Source: Eledone cirrhosa (taxonomy: Eukaryota). From it: a DNA stretch of 64,000 bases. Every line of letters begins with the position of its first letter. The first letter of the stretch is position 1. Of this stretch, positions 12,345 to 22,960 are shown piece after piece. Location: assembly GCA_964016885.1 (NCBI GenBank), contig OZ024743.1, forward strand, positions 189,720,001 to 189,784,000. Direction: 5' to 3'. The notes under the pieces were generated by a model, which did no database searches, had not been told where the DNA came from, and was given only the letters and a program-made list of their open reading frames with translations. The position numbers and the translations under genes are program-made.

Positions 12345-12729
12345 AAATTAATAAAAATAATGAATAAAAACAAAGAAACAGTTCCTTATATTAAAAAATT
12401 AATCATTTTACAATCGTTTCTAGGATATATATGTGTGTGTGTTGGTATGTATATCATATAGATCTATGTAAAGTTTTTACAAACTATCAGAGGGAATATA
12501 CATACCTACACATATATATGCTGTCTTCTGAAGACAGCATATATATGTGACAGCATATATATGTGTAGGTATGTATATTCCCTCTGATAGTTTGTAAAAA
12601 CTTTACATAGATCTATATGATATACATACCAACACACACACATATATCCTAGAAACGATCGTAAAATGATTAATTTTTTAATATAAGGAACTGTTTCTTT
12701 GTTTTTATTCATTATTTTTATTAATTTAT
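12345..12729. repeat. About 185-bp-arm fold-back palindrome of a pLTR-like sequence, axis at 12529
   Basis: The left arm 12345-12528 is the reverse complement of 12530-12729, apart from a 16-nt duplication and a few substitutions. Confidence 0.9.
12528..12668 (+). ncRNA. Hammerhead ribozyme core with ~100-115-nt stem II (5' strand of stem I lost at the inversion)
   Basis: CTGAAGA (12528-12534), arms atatatgtgt..ggtatgtatat / atatacatacc..acacatatat, then GAAAC gatc GTA. Confidence 0.65.
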
Positions 12730-12867
12730 CTTGACGCTGTTTTCCTGTGTTTTTCATCGAAAAAATTTGAATACATCTTCTCTTTTCATGATATTTGGAT
12801 TACATTGAGTTCTTCATACGGATTGGATACTACCGTATATTTTGGTAGATTTATCTATATATATATA

Positions 12868-13127
12868 TATATTAGTAAAAGGAAAATAAAATGCTGACAC
12901 ATTTTTCCCAGTGAAAAATAGTTTAATTAGGAATAAGTATAAATTAGTAATGAGTATTGGTTAGTATTCAGTTTTAGCTTTAAAACTAAAACTGAATACT
13001 AACCGATACTTATTACTAATTTATACTTATTCCTAATTAAACTATTTTTCACTGGGAAAAATGTGTCAGCATTTTCTTTTCCTTTTACTAATATATCACA
13101 ACTCGTGTGTTACACCTCTATTTTTTA

Positions 13128-13163
<36 letters not shown>

Positions 13164-13350
13164 TAAAAGGAAAAGAAAATGCTGACAAATTGTTCCCAGT
13201 GAAAAATAGTTTAATTAGGAATAAGTAAAAGTTAGTAATAGTATTGGTTAGTATTCAGTTTTGGTTTTAAGTTTTTACCGGTTGCCCATTTCTAATGCTT
13301 TTCAAAAATAATTTTGAGATAGAGCGCCCGTGATGTTTGCTCTAATCTGA
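12868..13350. repeat. Fold-back palindrome (about 12868-13095) plus a third, longer copy (13160-13350) of an unassigned pLTR-like sequence
   Basis: ttagtaaaaggaaa..aaaatgctgacac..ttcccagtgaaaaatagtttaattagg... appears direct, inverted and direct again, between (TA)n tracts. Confidence 0.85.
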
Positions 13351-13352
13351 TT

Positions 13353-13577
13353 AGTTTAACGTCCATCTTCCACGCTAGCCTGGGTTAGAAGGTTTTGTTC
13401 CATTTGATGTGGGAATGGTCGGGAGACCGTGCCTCGCTCATATGGAAGTGTCTCTGGCAGGTTGTTTTTTACCATGTCTCCTAGATGACCACCTTACAGT
13501 GTGGACTGTTGTGTCATTGACACAGTGGACGCAACAGAAAAGGGAGGATGGGGTAGGGTGTGTGGGGTGGGGTGTAC
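13353..13577 (-). mobile_element. RTE LINE 3' UTR fragment
   Basis: gtttaacgtccatcttccacgctagc.tgggttaga is the reverse complement of the family-1 RTE tail. Confidence 0.7.
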
Positions 13578-13606
13578 ATTTATATATATATATATATATA
13601 TATATA

Positions 13607-15055
13607 ACTTTTAGCGTAAAAGTTGGCGTCCATCAGGGCTCTGTTCTCAGCCCCCTACTATTTATTATTGCCCTTCAGGCTATAACAGAGGAGTTCATGG
13701 AACTCCTATACGCAGATGACCTGACACTCATAGCTGAATCAATGGCCGAGCTAGAGAAGAAATTCCAAACATGGAAGCACGGCCTAGAATCAAAAGGCCT
13801 TAAAATTAACCTGGCTAAGACTAAAGTTCTAGTTTGTAGGAAAGAAAATAAGGCGGCGGTCCCTTCCGGGAAATGGCCATGCTCAGTGTGTAGGAAAGGC
13901 GTAGGTAGAAACTCCATTTTATGTCCCAAATGCAAAGTATGGGTGCATAAAAGATGTAGTGGGATCACAGGTAAGCTAACTAAGAACTTAGATTTTACAT
14001 GTGGGCGGTGCTCTGGTGCAATAAGTAGCAGCGAGTGCCCACAAAATACTAACTCTTTCAATTGCGCAGAGGGCTTTATAGAAATAGTGGACAGCTTCCG
14101 TTACCTGGGTGACAAAATCAGCAGTGGGGGAGGGTGCTCCGAAAGTACAGTAGCTAGAGTCAGAACTGGATGGAAAAAGTTCAGAGAGCTTATACCACTA
14201 TTAGCCGCTAAAGGGTTCTCCCTAAAAATGAAAGGCAGGTTGTATGATGCTTGCATACGAACAGCAATGTTGCATGGCAGTGAGACCTGGGTATTTTGCG
14301 CAGAGGATATACGCAGACTAGAGAGGAACGAAGCTTGCATGCTCCGCTGGATGTGTAATAGTAATATACGTGAACGGCAAAGCATAAACGAACTAAGGAA
14401 AAAATTAGAAATAAGAGGGATCAAATGTTGTTTACTCGAGAGAAGGCTACGTTGGTACGGACACGTGATGCGCATGAAAGTCGATAGCTGTATAACAAAG
14501 TGCAGGGCAATAAAGATAGACGGTAGCCACGGAATAGGCAGACCTAGAATATCCTGGGACGAGCTGAAAAAATCCGACCTCACACACTTACACCTCTCCA
14601 AGACAATGTCACTGGACCGAGACCTTTGGCGGTACTCAGAAATAGAGAAGACCCGCCTTACCTAAATACATACTAAAACCTACTACAGCCAGTAGGCATC
14701 TCTAACAAAATACACCCCGTCCCACCACCCACACCCCATCCACACAACCCCCTCCTATGTAAAGTTATGTTGGTGCCACAACATCCAGGCCGAAACAAAT
14801 GAGATCGTGTAGGTGTCACGACAAAAAAACACACAGTCCACGCTGTAATGTGGCCGTGTAGGCAACACGGTAAAAACCTCCCAGACCCACACTGTAAATG
14901 TGGTTGGTGTTAGGAAGGGCATCCAACTGTAGAAAACCTGCCAGACAGTCCTATACGAGCAAGACAATCACTCTTGCTTCAAGTGGGAATACCCCCGTCC
15001 AAACCCATGCAAGCATGGAACACGGACGTTAAACGTTGATGATGATGATGATGAT
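13607..15055 (+). mobile_element. RTE-clade LINE family 1, 5'-truncated (RT, PHD-like finger, thumb, 3' UTR, (ATG)n tail)
   Basis: GVHQGSVLSPLLF, YADD, FRYLG, LHGSETW, RRLRWYGHVMRM, GRPR. The true homology starts right after the (TA)n at 13607 and the ORF ends at 14665. Confidence 0.93.
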
Positions 15056-15057
15056 AA

Positions 15058-15109
<52 letters not shown>

Positions 15110-15116
<7 letters not shown>

Positions 15117-15738
15117 TATATTACTAAAACAGAGAATGTCTGTTTGTCTGTCTGTCTGTCCAATCACTAAAACTCGAGAACCACCCAACCGATTGTTTTC
15201 AAACTTTACACATGTAATACTTATGGTCGTGTGAGTGTTGTTACAATGCCCTAAGGACCGCATTAGGCGATTTAGTGATCTCTTTCTCTCTCTCTTAGTC
15301 TTTCTCTTTTTACATAGATATAACGTTGCATCTTATAATATCTGTCTGTATGCCTGGCTGTCTGCATTACGTCATTATGACATGGTGTGTGTGTGTGTAT
15401 GTGTGTGTTTATGTATATATAATGTGTGCATATATATATATATATATAGTGTGTAACGGTTTTCGAAATATTTACTTCTGCGTTCACAGATTTATTATTT
15501 TAGTTTCAGAAGATCCCGTTAAGGGTGAAAGCAGCGATTCTTTGCTTAAACTTTAATATGTTATTTTAATATATATATATATATCGTTTCTGAATTTGTT
15601 TAGCAAGATTCTTTATCTGAAAACGTGTGTTGAAACCGAATTTATAAATTCCTAAATTTATAAATTTAATTTATAATAAATTGAAGTGAAAGCAAGTGGT
15701 GCATGTGTTTCTTATTGGCAACATGACCCTCCCAAAGA

Positions 15739-15800
<62 letters not shown>

Positions 15801-16130
15801 TATATTCGTGTACAGATATTTTTGCATACACATATAAACCAAAGTATTGATTTCGCGATGAAGTATTGATTTTCTTCGAACGGAAAAAAACCCTGGTAAT
15901 GTACAATCGATTTTTTTTATAAGCACAAAATGTAGACACCAACCCGAGACTGAGGTATTCCGTACTTCTCTATACTGTTATTTATATATTCGTGTACAGA
16001 TATTTTTGCATACACAATAACAAAATATAAACAAACGTATTTACTTCACGAGGCTCGAAAAGGATAGATATAAATCAAATATATAAGAACCCTAGAGCAA
16101 ATCACGATCAACGCCGGGCCATTCTGCTAG
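15110..16130 (+). mobile_element. Non-autonomous Helitron-like element with nested insertions
   Basis: 5' part tatattactaaaacagagaatgtctgtttgtctgtc..ctcgagaac.acccaaccgatt; 3' end caacgccgggccattctgCTAG followed by T. Confidence 0.65.
15502..15552 (+). ncRNA. Hammerhead-like motif with variant core CAGAAGA (solo pLTR fragment)
   Basis: agttt CAGAAGA t ccc gttaa ggg t GAAA gca gcgattctt tgc TT aaact. Same sequence as 38387-38437 on the minus strand. Confidence 0.6.
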
Positions 16131-16289
16131 TACATATATATATAAAATAAGTTGAGGGAACTAGCATGGATTTCACTGCTAGTACCAGTTGTATCTCAGC
16201 GTACTCAATAAGTAATGTTAAGTAAACTTCCAGAGTAGGCACATAGTTATTCGCTTCAACACAACGCATGTAAGTGGGTACCTTTAATC

Positions 16290-16400
16290 TTTTCCTGTAC
16301 TCGAGTTTCGAGCACACTTAATGCAGCAATAGAGTGCACACCATCTACTGTCTGCATTTATTATACAACAATGCACAATTGGTGCATGTGTCTTCATCGG
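16290..16400 (-). ncRNA. Hammerhead-like motif with ~84-nt stem II (no stem I pairing visible)
   Basis: Minus strand CCGATGA agacaca...gtgtgctc GAAAC tcga GTA. Confidence 0.4.
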
Positions 16401-16681
16401 TATGTTTCACCTAACCAGTAACCGATCGATTGAAAGAATTTGATTCCAGTTTGTGTTGGCTATGAATATGTAACGGCCAACACAGTAAAACGATAGCAAC
16501 TGAAATCCCTATGCATCATTACAATTGGTGTTCACCAATTGGCCACTGATTTAGAAATTTACATCATGGCAAGAGATGAGATTCAAATAGTTCTGCACAA
16601 ATATAGGTATATATATATATATATATATATATGTAAATATGCACACAAATATATGTGTGTGTATATATATATATATATGTA

Positions 16682-18365
16682 TGACAACTACAGGAGAAGT
16701 ACCTAGCTAAAAGTAAACCCCTCTACTTAGCTTTTGTTGACTTGGAGAAAGCCTTTGACAGAGTCCCCCAGCTCCAGTATCTGGTGGGCCCTTAGAAAAC
16801 TAGGTGTAGATGAATGGCTTGTGAGAGCTATACAAGCCATCTATACAGAAACAGTCAGCAAGATTAGAATTAACAATGAATATAGTTAAGAATTTAGCGT
16901 AAAAGTTGGAGTTCATCAAGGCTTTGTCCTTATTCTCCTCCTGCTTATTATTGCCCTTCAGGCTATAACAGAGGAGTTTAAGACCGGCGCCCATGGGAAC
17001 TTCTATACGCATATGATCTAACTCTCATGGCTGAAACTGTGGCTGAACTAGAGAAAGAATTCCAAACATGGAAGCATGGCCTAGAATCAAAAGGCCTTAA
17101 AGTTAACTTGTCTAAGACTAAAGTTCTAGTATGTAGAAAGGAAAATAGGGCACAGGGGCCCTCTGGGAAATGGCCATGCTCAGTGTGTAGGAAAGGAGTA
17201 GGTAGAAATTCCATTTTATGTCCCAAGTGCAAACTATGGGTACATAAAAGATGTAGTGGGATCACAGGTAAGCTATCTAAGAACGTAGATTTTATATGTG
17301 GCCAATGCTCAGGTACAATATGTAGCAAGTGCCCACAGGATACTTGCTCCTTCTACTGCCCAGATGGTTCTATAGAAATAGTGAACACTTTCTGCTACCT
17401 GGGTGACAAAATCAGCAGTGGTGGAGGATGCTCTGAAAGTAAAGTAGCCAGAGTTAGAACGGGATGGAAAAAGTTTGGAGAGCTTATACCGCTGTTGGCC
17501 ACAAAAGGTTTCTCTCTAAAAATGAAAGGCAGATTGTATGATGCCTGTAAACAAACAGCAATGCTACATGGCAGTGAGACATGGGCATTACGTGCAGAGG
17601 ACCTGTACAGACTGGAAAGGAATAAAGCATGCATGCTCCGTTGGATGTGTAATAGTAATATATGTGAACTGCAAAATATAAATGAACTAAGTAAGAAATT
17701 AGGCAGAAGAGGGATCAGATGCTGTTTACTTGAGAGAAAACTACTTTGGTATGGTCATGTGATGCGCATGAAAGATGACAGCTGTATAGAAAAGTGCAGG
17801 GTGGTCAAAATTGATGGAAGTTACGGAGTAGGTAGACTCAGAAAAACCTGGGATGATTTGATAAATTCCGACCTTACACACTTGCACCTCTCTAAGACAA
17901 TGTCACTGGACTGAGATCTTTGGCGCTACACAGTAATAGAGAAGACCCGCCTTGCCTATGTACAAAGTGAAACCTACAGTCAGTAGGCACCTCTTAACCA
18001 AATATACACCCAACCCACTACCCCTACTCCACCACCCACTCCCACCAACACCACCCTTTCTTTGTAAAGTTATGTTGGTACCACAACATCCAGTCCAAAC
18101 TAATGAGGTCGTGTAGGTGTCATGACAAAAATAAACACACAGTCCATGCTGTAATGTGACCATGTAGGTAACATGGTAAAAAGCTCCTAGTGCACACCGT
18201 AAATGTGGTTGGTGTTAGGAAGGGCATCCCGCCGTAGAAAACCTGCCAGATAGTCCTATATGAGCGAGACACTGTCACCCAACCAATCTTGCCTCAAGTG
18301 GGACAATTCCCGTCTAACCCATGCTAGCGTCGAAGATAGACGTTAAACGATGATGATGATGATGA
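16682..18365 (+). mobile_element. RTE LINE family 1, 5'-truncated, decayed
   Basis: QLQEKYLAK..LAFVDLEKAFDRVP, PHD-like finger, LHGSETW, 3' UTR and (ATG)n tail, bounded by (TA)n. Confidence 0.92.
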
Positions 18366-19887
18366 TATATATATATATTATGTGTTGGTGTTTCTCAAGC
18401 AACATATTTGTATGTATAATGGATTGTGTACTTTTTTGTAATGTGTGTAGTTCAGGGCAAGGTAAGAAGAGTAAGCTATACGGAGCTGAGAGGGAGAAGC
18501 TAGAATATAATAAAATAAAATGAGCGAGATAATTTACAAAAATAATCACTTGCTTTCTTTAGTGATAATGAAATTTCATCATCAAGGATGTTTGCTATGT
18601 TAACTGCACTGCCTAAATACACAAATTTATTCACTATCTTTAAGGTTTTGCCATACACATAAATGCTAGTGTCAGTGAAATCCTTGCCTGGAGCAGGTTG
18701 ATTAGAATATTTGAAATAAAACCAAATTTTACTAAAAAAAAATTTATAAGAAGTTAAAGTTTTTACATTGACTTAAATTTAATTCAAAATTTTAATGAAT
18801 AAGATCTTAATTTTGTTTTGAATTTCTATGTGTATGATATTTTATATCTAATAAAAAAAAAAAAAAAAAATGTTTGCACCAAAAGCAAATTTTTTATTCA
18901 ATTTTTATCAGAATATGTAATGCGCAGTGTTTTAAAATAAATTTTCTAAATATTTCCTTCAAAACTATTGCTGGGAGCAAAAGAATGATGTGAGTAGGAG
19001 TACTGTTATAACAACAATGTGGACGCTTCAGTACCCATCTTGAAGTGGAGGATGACAAACTCATGAACTCAACACTGACTCACAAACTATGACATTAGCA
19101 CACCAGAATTTCTGTCACATTGCTTCATAGAATGATCAAAGGCAGCAAGATCAGTGTTGTGCACTAGAATGGAAGGGTTAGATATATGAATGATTCTATT
19201 TCTTGCCAAAAGCAGAATTTGCCAAAATATATTGATGCAAAAACTTTACATTTTGCAAGTGAAAACTTAATTTTGTTTCAAACATGCTTATATTTGTAGA
19301 TAAATTGAAAGGGAACTACAAACTCTGCAAGAAATTTTATTGCTAATGACAATTTTCTAGGCAGTTTGATGCTAGTGTATGTATGCATATGTGTGCATGT
19401 ATTTTGTAATCTATCAATGTATACAAATGCATGGAAAGTGAAAACTACATTTGTCACATGCAAATGATACAAACATTTACCAATATATTTCTTCTTGCAG
19501 TTTATCTAACATAGCACAGTAATGTTTATTCTCTACAAAATGGGGACTTTTACGTAATTAAACAAAGATATGAACCATTAATAATCTGAGGCATGATTAA
19601 AACAGCCTAGTTTGGCATCTCCAATACAATTTGAACCTGTACCAGTTTTCAAATGAAAAAATTAATTTTTATGAAGCTTACATATTCCATTGACTATATT
19701 CTAGGAGAGTGCTGTGTAGCAAATCATTTATGTTTAAAAGCCAAAATTACTTTCCTCATGAAAGAACAAGATGATCATGCAATACCATATCTGATTTTGC
19801 AGTTAATTTATTTTAATACCTCAGCACAACATTTAAAATTACTGAAACTAGAAAGCCATGCAGACACTTAAATTCACTCTTATTATT

Positions 19888-20297
19888 GGCAGAATTATTA
19901 GAGCATCTGACAAAATGCATTGTAGCATTTAGTTACGGCCCTTTTCATTCTGCATTCAAATCTTGCTGAAGTTAGCTTTATCTTCCATCCTTATGAAAAG
20001 AGTATAAAATAAAGTGTACTGGGTCAATTTAATCGACTTTCCCACTCCACAAAATTGTTGGCCTTGTGCCTAAATCAGAAACCATTATTATATATTTCCA
20101 TCAGGGTGGTGGATTGGCAGCATCAATAGAGGATCAGATGCCATGCTTTGAAGTATAGAGTTACAACTCTTTATGGTCTGAGTTTAAATCCCGTCGAGGT
20201 TAACGTTGACTTCATCCTTATGGGGTCGATAAAATAAAGCACCAGTAATGCACTGGGGGTAATTGCTGGACTTGTGCCAAAAGTAGAAACAATTATA
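19888..20297 (+). mobile_element. Two adjacent SINE family A copies (about 19888-20090 and 20103-20297)
   Basis: Each has tggcag..., a B-box-like ttcaaatc and a tail ccttgtgcc.aaa..agaaac.att. Confidence 0.75.
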
Positions 20298-20713
20298 TAT
20301 TTCTATGAGTAAAATATTTTATATGTACTACTATTAAAAGATGAAACAAATGTGTGCCACTATACTATATATTTCCTATAGATTATATATACATTAAGCA
20401 ATATATATTGGTAGAGCTGTACAGTAGGCTAGCCTCACCTTAATTGTTTTTGTTTTCTTTATAGAATGTTTCTTTACAAAAAGTTTTTTTAAAAACATTT
20501 TTTAATTTCAATTTTTTTTCAATTTTTTGTGGCCAACCTAGACTCTCTCTGGCAGAGTACACTAACATCCATGACGTTTTCATTACTTTAACTTTTCCCC
20601 ATTTAAAAATTGTTTATTTGTTGTAAATGTAATTTGTATAAACAAAAGAAAGTATGATTATGCAATAAAACATTAATTAGATTTAGAGTTAGGATTAGAA
20701 ATTTACAATCAGA

Positions 20714-20747
<34 letters not shown>

Positions 20748-20756
20748 TATATATAT

Positions 20757-21613
20757 ATTCCGTCAGGGAAATGGCCATGTTCGATATGCAGAAAAGGAAC
20801 TGGCATAAATTCTATAAAATGCACACAATGCAGGTCCTGGGTACACAAGAGATGTAGCGGGATAGCAGGCAAACTAACAGGTAGGGAGAAATATGTATGC
20901 AGTAGATGTACAGGGAAATTAGACAGTAGAAGTCGCACTGATAGACACATTTTTCAAATGCGAGAGGGCGCTATAGAAGTGGTGGATAGCTTCCGGTACC
21001 TAGGAGATCAGATTAGCATGGGAGGAGGGTGTTCCGAGGCCATAGTATCTAGAATAAGGACGGGTTGGAAGAAGTTTAGGGAGCTGCTTCCTCTGTTGAC
21101 GAAGAAGGGTTTCTCCCTGCGTACGAAAGGCCGGTTGTATGATGCCTGTGTGAGGAGCGCGATGCTGCATGGTAGTGAGACATGGGCAGCAACCGCTGAG
21201 GATATGCGACGGCTGGAGAGAAATGAGGCAAGCATGCTCCGTTGGATGTGCAGTGTAAATGTGCGTGAACGACCCAGCATAAATGTGTTGAGAGAGAAAC
21301 TGTGTCTGAGAGGGATAGAATGTAGTGTACGGGAGAGGAGACTGAGGTGGTATGGACATGTGATGCGCATGGAGGATGACCGATGGGTGAAGAAGTGCCA
21401 GGAAATGCCAGTTGAAGGAAGACGTGGTAGAGGTAGACCACAAAAAACATGGGCGGAGGTGGTGAGAACAGACCTCAGATCATTGAAGCTCACGGTGGAG
21501 ATGACAAGGGACCGTGACGAGTGGAGAGATGCTGTACTGAATAAGACCCGTCCCACCCTTGCAAGCAGGGAAAAGCGGACGTAAAATGATGATGATGATG
21601 ATGATGATGATGA
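20757..21613 (+). mobile_element. RTE LINE family 2, 5'-truncated, apparently young
   Basis: Open frame from PSGKWPCSICRKG to NKTRPTLASREKRT*, followed directly by (ATG)n then (TA)n. Almost no 3' UTR. Confidence 0.93.
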
Positions 21614-21755
21614 TATATATATATATATATATATATGCGGATTACAGCTGACAAAGGATTCTTTCTTCTTTTCTCCTCTTGTCCCGTCCAAACCACCATC
21701 CTAAACCATGTTTTTAGTAACCACGCAGCTCCTTTTGTTTCTTATCATTATATAT

Positions 21756-22153
21756 GTGGATTGGCAGTATCGGTAGAGGGTCAGACGCCAAGCTTTGCAG
21801 CAAAGCGTTACGGCCCTTTATGGTCTGAGTTCAAATCCCACTGAGGTTAACTTTGCTTTCATCCTTACAGGGTCGATAAAATAAAGTACCAGTAATACAC
21901 TGGAATAATTGCTGGCCTTGTGCCAAAAATAGAAACAATTATTATTCTTTCTGATCTAGAGCGGTGCATTGGCAGTATCGGTAGAGAGTCGGACGCCATG
22001 CTTTGACGCATAGAGTTACAGCCCTTGCCATTCTGAGTTCAAATCCCGCCGAGGTTAACTTTGCCTTTCATCCTTACGGGGTTGATAAAATAAAGTACCA
22101 GTAATACACTGGGTAATTGCTGGTCTTGTGCCAAAAGTAGAAACAATTATTAT
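21756..22153 (+). mobile_element. Two tandem SINE family A copies (about 21756-21946 and 21960-22153)
   Basis: A-box tggcagtatcgg and B-box gagttcaaatccc. Both copies are followed by attattctttctgatc, a TSD-like repeat. Confidence 0.88.
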
Positions 22154-22529
22154 TCTTTCTGATCCCATATAAGTAATGACCTTATTATCACATCTTATAT
22201 TTGAACAGAACACTTTTAGATTTTATGCAGGGGTGACTTCTAGTCTTCCACAAAAACACCTTGCTCAGACTTGTGCCTTGGAAATGAAACTTTCTAGGTG
22301 CAAATCCCATTGCCATTTGTGACTGAAGGGTGTCATTACCGTTTAATAAATATTCTGTAGAATATTAGGCTTCATCTACACAGATTTAGCTTTCACACCA
22401 TTATATAAAGATACTACCCTTACTGCTAACTTAAACATTTATTCTGTTACAAGCATAGCTGTGTGATTAAAAGGTTCATTTTCTTATCTCTGCATGTGAT
22501 TTTACAATAAATTCTGGTTGTCCAATACT

Positions 22530-22960
22530 TTCTTCTTCTTCTTCTTCTTCTTCTTCTTCTTCTTCTTCTTCTTCTTCTTCTTCTTCTTCTTCTTCCTCCT
22601 CCTCCTCCTCCTCCTCCTCCTCCTCCTCCTCCTCCTCCTCCTCATCCTCCTTTGTCTTCCCCCTCCTCTTCCTCCTCCTCCTTCTCCTTCTTCCTCCTCC
22701 TCCTCCGCTCCCTCTTCCTGCTCCTTCTTCTTCTGTGCCCACTTATTCCTGCGATGGGCGTGAGGGCAAAGTTCTCAAACACACCGTCTAGAAAATCCTA
22801 TCAGAAGCAACTGTCTCCACATGATCTGGATGGATCTCTAAGCAAAACATACTGAGCTTATGGATGTTATCGAACTGTCTTGTTCATTGTCTGCCTTTGG
22901 TTTTCCTACTGATTTGCTTTGCATATAAAGAGCAGGCTTCTTTTAATGCAAAGGAGTAGC
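22530..22960 (-). mobile_element. Ancient LINE (RTE-like) 3' fragment with expanded (GAA/GAG)n tail
   Basis: Minus frame GRQ*TRQFDNI...VETVASDR.F*..C...LPSRP runs into a long (GAA)n/(GAG)n tract at 22530-22735. Confidence 0.5.

Noticed and set aside
13409-13606. N-terminal extension of the 418-aa RTE ORF (likewise 35253-35372 and 59762-59790)
   Set aside because: Chance read-through from adjacent unrelated repeats and (TA)n.
22476-22763. Poly-Glu and poly-Phe/Leu ORFs
   Set aside because: Trinucleotide tract, probably an expanded LINE tail.
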